NCBI GenBank assembly: GCA_030704615.1
Contig: CM060731.1
Coordinates: 19,344,001-19,408,000, forward strand
Direction: 5' to 3'
From: Takakia lepidozioides
Lineage: Eukaryota; Plantae; Bryophyta
Length of the DNA stretch: 64,000 nt
Part shown: piece by piece, positions 1 through 12,112 of the stretch
Position numbering within the stretch: the first letter of the stretch is position 1
How the letters are laid out: each line of letters opens with the position of its first letter
Program-made: the position numbers and the translations under genes
The notes under the pieces: model-generated
Database searches by the model: none
What the model was told of the DNA's origin: nothing
The model's input: the letters and a program-made list of their open reading frames with translations, nothing else

Positions 1-56
1 TGAAGCACAAGTGCCAGATCCGACCTCTAAATTATATTGGATAACAACTATCAGAC

Positions 57-2552
57 ATGCAACCTTTTCCCAGCATCGATGAAACTGTTGCCCCAGACCC
101 AACAGATTTGTGGGGTCCGTACGTTCGAAGGGCTCCATATCCTACCAACACTCCATGGCTGAACTTTGTGCTCAACAAAGGAACGTGTCCCGAGTACATA
201 CATCCTTTCTTAGTCCAAGCTCAGGACGGCCATCTCTCTATCTGCTATCCGACGAGAGCTGTCCAACCAGGATTCATCTTCCAAGTCTTTGTTGCTAATT
301 TGACTCTGCATTTACAAGAAGGTTGTGGGTGTCACGCTGTTTCACACTATGATGATCTTAGTGTGACCCTTGATTTTGGAGGATTGCTCACAGTGCCCTT
401 AGTGAGAGGGAGTCCTTATATCACTGTGATCTGCAATGGAGGCACGCCTTTTTTTTCTACCATCCATGCAGTTCTTGATTTGTGGTCCAATGCAGAAGAG
501 ACCAAGTATCGAATTACAATGAACAATGGTCAAGTCTGGTTGGTCTACTCTTCAGGGCCCTTGCATTTATCAACAGAGCTGCAAGTCGAGAGTGCTTTCA
601 GGGGGGTCTTGAGAATAACTGTGATTACGGAAGGGGAAGCATCAGAGAGCATTCTTGATCGCTTTAGCACATGTTATGCTGTGGGGGGCATAGCAGATTT
701 CTCTGTACCATTCCAAATAAAGTATCGTTGGAAGAAACAGGGGTGGGGTGACCTGCTTATGCTTAGCCTTCCTCTGCACAGAGAGATACTATCTAATCCC
801 TTGGAGAGAATTTCAGGCCTTACATTCAACAGCATGGATGGCGCACTTGAAGGTTTAGTGGGCCACATATGGGTCTTACAGGAGAGGCCCATTTCTGTTG
901 GTTGGTATTCATCAAAGGTGATTGAAGACCCTGCCGCCCGTGCTCAGGTGGCTGAAGCATTAGAGTGGGATGTAAGTCAGCTGTCCACAATAGGCACCGC
1001 CTCAACTTACTTCTTTGGAAAAGCTGTTGCCCGCGCAGCTCGGTTGGCTCTGATTGCTGAAGAGCTAAGCCTTCCTCGCATTGTTGGCAAAGTCCATGAA
1101 TTCCTTGTCTCTTCCATTACTCCATGGTTTGATGGAACATTTGCTGGCAATGCACTTTTGTATGACAGAAAGTGGGGAGGGGTGATCAGTAGAGATGGAT
1201 CCAGAGACGCAGGTGCCGATTTTGGGCTGGGTATCTACAATGATCATCATTACCACATGGGTTACTTTGTTTATGCAGGTAAGCCGACACGACACCCAAC
1301 CTACTTGGTTTGAAACAATGTGATTGCTCGCCAGAATTCTCTCCTAGTACTTTTGACAATTCCCTCCTAATTGTGGAACTCCTTCATCACAGGGCATTTT
1401 TTGTCTAGTCACCTGCTTGGAAAAAACAAAGTAACTCTGCAACTGCACTGCACTTAAATTGTATAGCAAATCAGCAGTCAGGTGTTGGCAGTATTCTAGC
1501 TGATTCAAATTCTATAGACTATCAAAAGTAAGCTTCCTCACAATAACCTGAGGCAATCCAACCTAGAGGACTAGGTTTTAGTATCTCCGGCTCACCACCT
1601 TAGTATCTCAGTGAAGTCATATGACTAATTAGTAGCTCTGAAATTCTTTCCAGAGTTGCATGCTGAAATACAACTCCAATCACTCAGTTAGAAGCAGATG
1701 TGTGCACACTGCTGTACACTGACCATATTCGAGATCCCTTTAAGAGGCAAGAATTGGCAAGGTCTGAAGATACTTCTTGTTTCATATCCTTTTGCATCTG
1801 TGATTTGTAGTGCAAAATGCACTAGCCTGAGTGGCGATGGGAAACGCAGGAGCGGTTTTGGCGAAGCTGGACCCTGGCTGGGGCCGTGCCTACAGGCAGC
1901 ACTTGTATGCCGTCGTGGCGGACTACATGAACGTCGATCCAACGAACAAATTATTTCCTCGTCTACGAAACTTCGACGCTTTCGTGCTACACTCGTGGGC
2001 AGGCGGGCTAACGGAGTTCGCGGACGGACGAAACCAGGAGTCGACGAGCGAGGCCGTGCACGCCTATTACGCTGCGTCGCTGCTGGGGCTGGCCTTCGGG
2101 CGACGCATCGCTCATCAACGTCGGTCTCACGTTGGCTGCGCTCGAAGCTCGCGCGGCGCAGGCGCTATGGCACGTGCCGGTTGCGCGCGGTGTACGAGCG
2201 GACGTTCGTGGCGGAGAACCGCGTGGTGTCGGTGCTGTGGAGCAGCAAGCGCGACAGCGGGCTGTGGTTCGCGGCCGCGGATCGCAGGGACTGCAGGCTG
2301 GGCATTCAGCTCCTGCCCCTCACTCCCTTCTCCGCCGTCCTCTTCTCGGACGCAACGTTCGCAAGGGAGCTGGTGGATTGGACCATGCCCACGCTCCAGC
2401 GGGACGATGTCACGGACGGCTGGCGTTGCTTTGTCTACGCTCTGCAGGCCCTGTATGCTCCTGACCAGGCCCTTGCGCTGGTGGTCCGTCTCTCTTCCCA
2501 TGACGATGGCAACTCTTTGTCCAACTTGTTGTGGTGGATTCACACGAGATAG
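57..2552 (+). pseudogene. Glycoside hydrolase family 81 endo-1,3(4)-beta-glucanase, two exons (57-1278, 1850-2552); exon 2 has two frameshifts
   Basis: GH81 motifs PLVRGSPYIT, STYFFGKAVARAARLALIAEE, DFGLGIYNDHHYHMGYF, RNFD..LHSWAGG, DGRNQESTSEA, KRDSGLWF, DDGNSLSNLLWWIHTR. Intron GT 1279..AG 1849 joins YA-G-AVLAKLD. The reading frame shifts near 2100 and 2185, which could be a pseudogene or assembly indels. Confidence 0.9.
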
Positions 2553-2605
2553 TGTCCCATTATGCCGTTTGTTTGTCTGCGATTTTTTGTATAGGAAGCT
2601 GAAAG

Positions 2606-3266
2606 AGCTTACAACAAGTTCGCATCTCAAAGAAAGAGAGTAATTTGTGTACTCACTGGTGTGGTTGCTTGCAACGATCTTCTTGCCATGGAGAAGGTAA
2701 TGTTGCAATTTGGGGCTAGGAGAATTGGAATAAGTTATGTAGTCGTCACCACGTTAGTATATATGACTGTGGGGTCAATGTGGACACGTGTCAAGCAGGT
2801 GCCTCGCCGCGCATGACGCAACTTTGTTTGTTAACACACTGTAACCCAAACTCTAACTGCATTGAACAACGGCAAGCACCATTGGTCTACGAGAGCTGCA
2901 AGACAACACAAACTCTAACTGCATTGAACAACGGCAAGCACCATTGGTCTACGAGAGCTGCAAGACAACAAGCTTACAAACAAGTTCGCATCTCAAAGAA
3001 AGAGAGTAATGTGTGTACTCACTGGTGTGGTTGCTTGCAACGATCTTCTTGCCATGGAGAAGGTAATGTTGCAATTGGGGGGCTAGGAGAATTGGAATAA
3101 GTTATGTAGTCGTCACCACGTTAGTATATATGACTGTGGGGTCAATGTGGACACGTGTCAAGCAGGTGCCTCGCCGCGCATGACGCAACTTTGTTTGTAA
3201 CACACTGTAACCCAAAAAATAACTGCATTCACGGCCAACTTGGTCTACGAGAGCTGCAAGACAACC
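2606..3266. repeat. Local tandem duplication (~300-365 bp unit, 2 copies) containing a nested ~60-bp duplication
   Basis: AGCTTACAA(A)CAAGTTCGCATCTCAAAGAAAGAGAGTAAT... begins at 2606 and 2971. AACTCTAACTGCATTGAACAACGGCAAGCACC... occurs at ~2849 and ~2911. Confidence 0.9.
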
Positions 3267-3689
3267 GTGAACACACAGTAGCAAGCTTCATTCCATGGAA
3301 AAATATGGAGAAATTTTTTGAGGGTTTGCTGCTGGAAGGCTTTGAAAGTGATGGGTCAAGCTATGGTAGTGATTTGCAAGTGCGAGGACACCACCACTTT
3401 GCAAATGTGAAGAGAACTTCAACTTGAGTTTGGACAAACTACACAACCTTATGGCCGCTAGATCTTTGGGAGGAGAAATACTAGGATCATTGCGTGGACC
3501 TATGAGGGGAAAAGATTGGGTTCATGCAGGTTTTCTAATGCACCACGCCGTATGTGGAAGCATTGCCGCGACGAGGTGGACTCGCCTTCTGCTGTTGCAA
3601 CTTCACCTTCTATCAAAGTAGACAATCATGCTGCACCGAAACTTGCCAAACTGTCTCAGACATTGCCATATCTAATCTCAGGCATATCC

Positions 3690-4490
3690 TAGAGCTGACA
3701 ATAATTATGTAGCACACAACAAGCAGTTGTGATTTTTTGGGCTCTATCAAGCACAAAGTTGAAGCTTCTTAGAATGTGCCAACAATTTTTCAAAGAACCA
3801 AAAGCATTTTCAGTGACAACTCTACCACTGTTCATGCTAAAATCACAACGCCTGTTATCAATGTCTTCAGGGTTACATCACAACTTGAAGTTCCATATGT
3901 GGATCAAGTAAGCGGAAGCGCCAGTCCAACATGGTGTAATCCTCATTTGACGAACTGTAACCACATATTCTTACAAAATAATATGATCTTTCATTTCTCT
4001 ATACAAGTTCTCTATACAACCGCGACACCTTGAACTAGGCTCCATCAGCACACCAGTCCCACACAGACACTCCAAAATTATACCTTGTGTGGCTGGAACA
4101 ACTTCTAAAACAATGCTCTTGAATTTTTTTCGGTTGTAAAAATCCACAGTAGGTCACCCTCTAGTTTAGTTTCTCTGAAAGAAGGATGTGACTTCCATCA
4201 ATTGCACCCACAATGTTGGGCAATCCTGTAATATGTCTGAAAGTATCGATAATTTCTATCAATTGCTCTATTGACGATATGCTAATGTATTTGCTCCCAG
4301 GTGTTTCCCCTTAAAAAAAATTAAAAAAAAAGTATTTACTGAATAAACATTCAGCCTTGGTAGTAAACGCATCACAAACAATATCAATATACTTGCGAAT
4401 GGTTGACGCACCAACATTAAATCGATCTGCCATTATGTACGATGATATATGGGCAAATCTGTACATAACAACTGCCACAATCTTTCATCG
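3690..4490 (-). mobile_element. Degenerate PIF/Harbinger transposase (DDE_Tnp_4/HARBI1-like) remnant
   Basis: Manual minus-strand translation gives MYRFAH..ADRFNVGASTIRKY (HTH), GLPNIVGAIDGSHI, FYNRKKFKSIVL and SGRVVTENAFGSLKNCWHIL...TACCVLHNYC, broken by stops and frameshifts. Confidence 0.85.
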
Positions 4491-5235
4491 CCTCATTGAT
4501 TTGTTACCTAGAGCTCCTGATGGGTCTCCAGAAGCAAGCCCTGTTTAGGTCCAAGAGTTTTTTCACTAGTATGAGGACATAAATAAACACAATAGTAAGA
4601 TCGTCAATGACCATTTATTACCAGATTTTTCAGAAAACTTGCTGGTATCAAGACCAAGCTATTGTTTCTCCAGTGAAAAATCAATCCACCCTGATAGGGA
4701 AATACCCACAAGGTGCGACAGCTCTTATTTACACTGGCTCTGGCTGGAATATTCTCTCCCCTTTTTTGAAAGATTGTGAACCCTGTCTGGGGCGGCTTGC
4801 CGAAACCAAGCCAACATACAACTATTTAGATAGCAAGCTTCTCTTGCCAAAAATGCATCTGGTGGGACGCCTTGAATCCTACCTGCATGGTGCATGTCAT
4901 CTTTTGGTGGTTGTGGAAATGGTTTCTGGATCCCGGAGGTCATTGACAGTACAAGCGGTAAGCTCACAGAGAAATGCTGCTCTTGAGTAAGAAAACGGAA
5001 TGCCTCTCAGTGTGACTGCACATCCGCCTCACTTCAAATCCAAACAAAGTAAGAAAAAAGATTTACACAGATTAACCTCTGAACCGCAGGCCATGCTATA
5101 GATATGTTCAGCCCTCTTTGAGCTCTTCGAGAGAGTATTAATGATATTCTGCACAACAATGTTACAATGGCCACCACATGATAATATCTCACAGGGGACC
5201 CATCCAGCAGATGATAAAAAAGAACACTACAAATG

Positions 5236-6196
5236 CTAAGAAATAGAACCAATTTTACAGATGTCTTCATAGTCCAATGGCGGGAAGTAGTCTGCCGTTC
5301 CAAAAGCCAATCCCTTTTCTATCTGAACCTTGGCAGCAAATTTGGCAGTATCAATAGCAAGCAACCGTGCATGCGATCCTCTGTAAGCACCATTCACAAT
5401 TTTCACAAGGCTTCCAATTTGAGGAATCACAGTCTCCAGCTCCTCCTGGTCAACTTTGAGCTGCGGCAACTCTTCGTTTTCATCCTCAAACATTGCAGGC
5501 TTCACTGTCGCATGACTACCATTTCCATTCATGGAGGGTATATCTCCACCAAGTTTAATCAAGGAAGACCCGAGAGAAAAAACAATCTTCTCACCATCTG
5601 TTTTCATAAGCTCTGTCTTTTCAATTTCTATCTGTTTCGAATCCGGCTTGGCAAACTTGGTCGCTCTTTCAATTTGATCGGCAAGGACCTTATCATGCCT
5701 ATCCTCATCAGCAAGATCTGCCCGCTGTCGCTTATTTTTTAAGCTTTCTTTCAACTCAAGGCTCTCGATCAATGAGGGTCATGAACCAGCCCTTGGGAGT
5801 TTCATCAACCTTGCACTTCCCCGTCCGCCCCAGGTACTTGACAAACTCTGTAAGAGTCGCCCACTTGGTAGAGTTCATGTGGATATGATGCCTATTTGCG
5901 ATATACTCATTCCACACCACAGTAGCCGCAACTCTGCTGAATCGATGACTTCTCTTCAAATGTTCCATGAAGGAATCCTCGAACTCTTCAGAGTAACCAT
6001 CAATGAATCGATCAGGGTTATCACCAAACACCTGCATCTGCCGCTGATGGCTCTCCGACATGCAGTGACACTTGAAACCGTTCTCATCCCGGCACTGCTT
6101 CTGGCACATCTGACAGTACCACCTCAACTTCTGCAGCCCCTTGGCCTTGATCCTGTTGGCGATAGCCTTGGGTGTCAGAAACTCATTCTTCCCCAT
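5236..6196 (-). pseudogene. KIN17: KIN17 DNA/RNA-binding protein, intronless, with a frameshift at ~5760 and an internal deletion
   Basis: MGKNEFLTPKAIANRIKAKGLQKLRWYCQMCQKQCRDENGFKCH (KIN17 N-terminus and C2H2 finger), HIHMNSTKWATLTEFVKYLGR, C-terminal VDQEELETVIPQIG..VNGAYRG. Split over ORFs 5756-6196 and 5236-5772. Confidence 0.9.
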
Positions 6197-6689
6197 CTCG
6201 CGAACCCGATGTCTCGGCCGCGATTTAGCAAACAGATGTCTCCAATCCTACTAAACTCTCTACATTCCCAACATGCATTCGAATGCTACCACATCCCCCA
6301 TAACAACCAGACCGGATTCTATGCGTGTGTGAGTGTGTGTGAGAGAGACAATCACACACACGAGCCAACAGAGCTGAGAACGCTAGGGTTTGGAGTTTAC
6401 ACTGTTTTATTATATTTTATTTATTTCTTTGGAATTACATATAATTGGAGAGGACTAAGCTTATCCAACGAGTTTAAGGCAAGCGTGTGAGGTGGTGGGG
6501 CCCGCTGGCCGGCGCTCCGAGAGGCTCCGGGAGACTACCAGTCAAATCTCATCCCGCATTGGGAAGGTGGGGAGCGCTCCACACTCCTGTTCCCTTCTCA
6601 TGCTCCCCACCTTTAAGACCATGTTCCCAAATATTCTCCAATTTTGCTCCCCTGTTCCCGCTCCCGGATCCATGCTCCCCATAGTAGCT

Positions 6690-6950
6690 CATTGATTTCC
6701 TAAGCTATGATGGTGTTCATGGCCAGCTGGAAGGTTGCTGTAGCATTTTTCAGAGCAAATGGCATCACCAGCCACTCATACAGTCCTGATCTGGTGATCA
6801 CTGCCGTTTTGATCATTCATTCCGATCTGCCAGAAGCCACTCTGTAGATCTAATGCCTAGAACCAGCTAGCCTTTCCTAATTGTTGCAAGACGTCTCGAA
6901 TCATGGGCATAGGATATGAGTCTCTCCTTGTTTGTTGGTTCAGCGATCGG
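6690..6950 (-). mobile_element. Isolated Ty3/Gypsy reverse transcriptase fragment
   Basis: Minus translation [66 protein letters not shown]. Confidence 0.85.
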
Positions 6951-7124
6951 GTCTAGTTGCTGGGCAGCTCACACATAGCAGACAGATGCTTATGTGTAAG
7001 GGCTATCTGGAGGTTATATTACCTTCCTGCAGGTAGTGGTCCGTCTTCTTTTACAGCATGCTGTTTCATAAAACTTATACCATTGGGAAATCCATTGAAA
7101 ATCCGCCTCTTTCAAGTCAGCTAG

Positions 7125-7200
7125 AGAAATGAAATGAAATGAAATGAAATGGTGCTTCATAACGTCCACGGAAAGCTCATAGAGCTTATGGGACAAAATG
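7125..7200 (-). mobile_element. Short 3'-end fragment of the LINE family seen at 54.2-56.5 kb, with (CATTT)n tail
   Basis: (GAAAT)n-GGTGCTTCATA...TTATGGGAC matches 54225-54310 ((GAAAT)n-GGTGCTTGATA...TTATGGGAC). Confidence 0.55.
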
Positions 7201-9371
7201 GAAGAAAACATGAGAGAGGAACAAATCCAGAAACCACAATTAATGAGAGATATGGCACATTTCTAGAAGATGAAACGTTGTTTTGGATTTAAAGTGTATT
7301 CATTACAAAAGTATTGAGATATCAGCCTTCAGCTTTCACAGCTGCTGGCTCGCAAAGCTCCATCGCTCCAATGCACCGGTACGTGGATTTGTGGCTCTCG
7401 GAGAGTGTGTTACAGTAGATTTTGCAAGCTCCCGAAAACCTGTAAGAAGTGACTAAGAGGAAACATCAGGAGATTTTCCAGTAAATCACGGACTGAAAAG
7501 AAAGTAGTCCAGAGAATAGGGGTCTGTACACCCAACAGGGTCAAAAAGATGCCAAAATCACCAAGCCCTAGTAAAAAGAGGCCACGAATACAAGCTCAAA
7601 TGCTGCCTCAAATGCTGCTTGGGGGGTCGTGGAAGTCATATTTGAGGTGTGGAACTTCAAGCGGAGAGTGTTGAGAGCCAGGGTGTTTTTTTCACATCTG
7701 TACAGTCTTGCAGGAAGTTTGGACAGGCATCACCATAGCTGCTCGGAGCAATAGTGCAGTGTCATGATGTATTTGGCATCATTATTCCCAAAGTTGACAC
7801 TTCTATGGAGAAGCTTGAGCAGGGTCCCTTGCACCCAATGTGGGCAGTATTCCTGTGAGAAGTAGCTCAAAAATCAAAACGATGGAGATGACATGAAAAG
7901 TATAGTATGGACGTGGGCTGATTACACAGACAGTGCACAGCGAGAGCAAAGTGAGTTGGAGAGCTATGGCGGCGGGCTTGCTAACATCGTTAACCTTGAC
8001 TAGGGTAGAGGTGCCGCTAGAGAGAGTCCGGATAGTGACTAGGATGAGCAGAGAGTTTAGTGGAATTCTTAAAGTAGCAGGTAGCAGAGAAGATAGCAAA
8101 GGAGCACTACAGAGAGCGGCACTCCAGGCTACATTTGTATCATACAAACCAATGCAATGTGTAATGAGACATCGAAAACCCACAAAACAAAAACAGTATC
8201 ATTAAGATAAAGAATAAATACACCAGAACTGCACATTGCAGCGTCCTGAAAGAAAACGGTTCGAATATGATGGTGTTGAAATCATGTATCCTATCGGTTG
8301 GCACAGAGAACGAAATCTATGCGTCATCTTTCATACAGGCATTTGCGAGCAGACCCAGTACAGCAGCATTGCTTTCCATGATGTCCCTCTAGAAAATCCT
8401 TAAGATGGACTAGGGATTTGCCTTTGCCATCGCCCAAAAAAGGGAGAGAGAGTGGACTCACCAGAAGAATGTGTGATGCCCGAGCAAGAATTTGTGATTG
8501 CGATCCTAATTTGTAGCTGGCAACATGGCAAGAAGATGTTGTTGGCGACGCACATTCCCTAATGTCACTTCATGTATTTCCGTGTGTATACATGCTAGTA
8601 TGTTGGTTGACAGGTGTTGTACAGCAGGTGAGTTGCGTCCTCGAATAGGAGATGATTGCCATACTGAAGGTAAGCGCATGGGGAAGATGGGCATACAATC
8701 AGTCTATCGAGGCCCCCTTCTTCCCCCTTCTTTAGTGCCAAGTACCACAATACTTAGAGATGAGACCCTCCTCCAAGTGCGGATACTGACTTAGTTCTTA
8801 TGAGCCAATAATCTCCGGCAATCTGCGAGAAGCTTATGTACCTTGGAGGGGGATCATTCCTTTGTCTTGAGTGGCTCTATGACAACAGCAACTCCACTGT
8901 CCTGTATTAAGGCTTTTGAACTCTTTCGTCTCGCTACAGCGCATGACCCACTGGGATCCTTGAAACACATTCAAAAAATCAAAAAATCGGCAGAGCCATG
9001 AGCATATCCCATGCTAACTTCACGTTCTTGGTTATCAATTCTGCTGCAGGTACTCGGGTGGCGATTATGCTTAGAGATCTTGCCATTGCTATAGTTGCCA
9101 TCTGTAGAATTCAACCCACCAGTTCCACTTCAGCCATTAAGATCCTATTCCTACGCCACTTCTCCCCATCCTCTTATCAAGCAAACATATCTTCAGATGT
9201 ACCACTCCTAAAACCCAGACAAGCACCTTGCCTACCAGCAGAGGCCCAGGCAGGAAAGGTTTCTACTGCTTAATCCGAGATGAAGAACAAAAGGAGGAAA
9301 CCTAAGTGCCCCACACAGATTGGTGATTATGACCAGCATCCACATCATTCACTCACATTAAGTAGTACCTT

Positions 9372-10517
9372 CTAAACGAGCAAAGGGGGAGAAGTTCGGA
9401 AGCGAATACTAACCACTTTCCATTGCCGCTCAAAAAAGTTGTGTAGCTCTTCCCAGAGCTTTTCCTTCAAGGTGGTCACCTCTTCCAGGTGGACGGGATC
9501 AACTTGCAGCATGCCCAAAATGGGCTTACGCAGGTTGTAGGCCAGCCAAGCAACCGTAAGGGGGTCCATTGCGTTGGTTGCTTGCATCAGTTCTCTATAT
9601 TGGGGCGGGCTGGTGGCTAAAGCAGCCACCACAGCCTCGCATATGCGGACGAGCCCAAAGAAGGAGAAGGCAAACACAAGAATGTCAGTTGCAATTCGCA
9701 CCAGCGCGGCGCGCTGCATTGTCAGTTCTGTTGCTGTCCATTGTGCCACCGTCGACACTCCCTGCTTGGTTTCATACATGGCTGCCCCGAAGGCTGGCCC
9801 ATGTGCCTTGTCTGTCTTCTTTCCCATATTCAACAATTGTTTGACGCTACTGAGTGAGAATTCCTTCCCGCTAACTCCTAATTTCCGAATAAGCTCCTTG
9901 ATTGACCTCAATGAATATTTACGTGCGCCTGATAAGTCTTGCATCTGCGCATCTGCATCTCCTGACAGTGACATCTCTGACACCAGGCCCACAGTTCGAG
10001 GGTCTGCCATCAGCACTTCTGGTATCAATGTCTCGTCCTCTGCTGCCGAGCCCTTCTCTGCTCTGGACGTGGCCTCTACTTCATCCCAATCTCTGTCGAC
10101 CAGCGAGTTTTCATTTAAAGAAGCAGCAAAACTTGCTCTAACATCAGGAGATGCTGAAGGATTGGGCCTCCTCGCTAGGCGATTTTCACCTAATGATGTA
10201 CCTCTTGAATAAAATCGCATATGCTGGGACGCCCCTCCATTAAACTTTCTGGCAGTCTCACTAGTGGAACAAGCCCGCGCGCATGTGACAGATTCAACCC
10301 AGCCTGAACCTTGATCTACCCAATTCCTTGCTGCGCTCCTTCCCAACTCTAGCCTTTCGCACACACCCACCACCCTACATTTAATGATTTTTGAATTCTT
10401 ACGAACAGAATTTTGTGACAAGGAGATAGTGGAGCTGGAGCTGACTCTGGAGATGCCCTGTGGAACAAAGTCAAAGCCGCATAGCATCCCTCCTCCCACT
10501 TTGCGTGCCGACTCCAT
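9372..10517 (-). CDS. Uncharacterised protein, probably the first exon of a spliced gene; S/R-rich transit-peptide-like N-terminus and hydrophobic C-terminal segments
   Basis: 381-aa non-repetitive ORF with the hydrophobic stretch IATDILVFAFSFFGLVRICEAVVAAL. Candidate downstream exons at ~8462-8505 and ~7410-7440. No family recognised. Confidence 0.6.
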   Translation of the reverse strand: MESARKVGGGMLCGFDFVPQGISRVSSSSTISLSQNSVRKNSKIIKCRVVGVCERLELGRSAARNWVDQGSGWVESVTCARACSTSETARKFNGGASQHMRFYSRGTSLGENRLARRPNPSASPDVRASFAASLNENSLVDRDWDEVEATSRAEKGSAAEDETLIPEVLMADPRTVGLVSEMSLSGDADAQMQDLSGARKYSLRSIKELIRKLGVSGKEFSLSSVKQLLNMGKKTDKAHGPAFGAAMYETKQGVSTVAQWTATELTMQRAALVRIATDILVFAFSFFGLVRICEAVVAALATSPPQYRELMQATNAMDPLTVAWLAYNLRKPILGMLQVDPVHLEEVTTLKEKLWEELHNFFERQWKVVSIRFRTSPPLLV

Positions 10518-11172
10518 AGCCCCACTGGCCCCCTCGTCCCAGGCGTTTCGCCTGCAACTGTGTTTGCTCTCTCACTCACTCTTTTAAAAATCCGCACATC
10601 GCCAGCAGAATTTTTTCCTTACTCGGCTGCAACTTCTTCTATGCTATACATTATTCAACTTCCGCAACATCCAGTCACAATACAATGCAATTCAATCCAT
10701 CTTCGAAATCCCATCGCGATCTGGAGAATGCCAAGCTGCTCCACAAACCCACCACCTGCTAACACGATTGATCTTGGAAAAATCTTGGCAAGAAAAGCGC
10801 ACCACTTCACCCAACCATGTAACTTACACCTACTAACTTACAGCACTCGGACCTTTCGAGCTGGACAAGCGTGTATGGTAAAAAAATGAGCGACCACACG
10901 CAGTGTTACCTCTAGTGTTTCTCAAAGGCACTAGTTGGCCTGATCTCTCCCACGCCATCTCACCACTTGGCACCGATCCCTCCTGCCACGTGGCGATCAA
11001 TCTAAACTACCATATGCCATTGCATGGCCGCGTGGCTCACTTGGCGATCCAATGTATGGATGATGGCATGCCACATTCATCCATAATTACCATTCATTCA
11101 TCCATTCAAAAGTCTCAGCTGTGAGGAGCCTGATTCCTCGCTGCTTTATTCAGCTTGGATGAATGTTCCAGG

Positions 11173-11643
11173 CCAGCGTTGGACCGGTATAGAGGTCCAA
11201 CCCGGGTATCCATGGTAGGTAATACCATACCCGGGCAATACATACCTCATTCCATACTACTATATGTATCATACCCGTCTGGTATTGTGGTGGACGATAT
11301 TGCTAGTGATACCGGTATTGCTGCTATGTGCGCCTCCAAAGGCACAGATATGTGGAGTTAGGGCAAGGGAATTCATGGGCACTTATGGCATTTATGGCAT
11401 CTTTTTGATACTCAATGTACAATATGCAATGTGCAAAAATACAGGTATGGTATGGTTTATTTTTGCAATGTGCAATGTGTGTGAGCAACGTATTTTTGTA
11501 TGTGTGCATTGTGCTGTAATTGTGATCCATTGTGAAGGTCAATTCTTTTTTTCAGGGGCCCATACCAGTATTGGGAAGTGTGGGCCCTTGTGATACGAGG
11601 ACCAGTCTGGTATCATATTTTTGTGATACCAGTTCCATGCTAG
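11173..11643. mobile_element. Possible degenerate MITE / non-autonomous TIR element
   Basis: Imperfect terminal inverted repeat (CCAGCGTTGGACCGGTAT ... ATACCAGTTCCATGCTAG) with repeated GGTAT/ATACC subterminal motifs. No clear TSD. Confidence 0.3.
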
Positions 11644-12112
11644 TGACCGGACAAACGACTAAGCTCTCTGATTGGTTGAAAATTGGGACTTGTGCACTAT
11701 GCAGATTTAGACATGGCTTTATATGCCCCAACACGCCCTATCGTTGCTCTACATTTGCCACCTCAGCGGAGAAAGCCTAACAAATTTGAGACCGTGGTAC
11801 TAGATGCCCCAAAAAATTTCTAGTGGACAAAACCGAATGAGGCCTCTCCATCCCGCCTCTTTATTATGGCTCCATCTCCTCCTACCTTCATCTATAGGAG
11901 CCTCTATGTAGTGTGAAGCCATGATTCATGAAGACTTATCTTCAAGTACATGACATGTTTGCAAATCAATTTTCCCAAAGCCCCTCTCAATAAATCATTT
12001 CATCTTAAAATGATTACCGATTAATGATTTACTACCCTTTGACGGATACAACGATTCTTTGTTCGGCTATTACGAAGGAAAAACCCCAAAAAAATGGTGC
12101 CCCTTTTCAAGT

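Noticed and set aside
4600-5000. Possible Myb/SANT partner gene of the Harbinger remnant
   Set aside because: No recognisable trihelix or Myb motif in my translations, and no TIR/TSD found.
7500-9350. Possible LINE remnants within introns of the orphan gene
   Set aside because: Only weak, fragmentary endonuclease-like hints; too degenerate to annotate with confidence.
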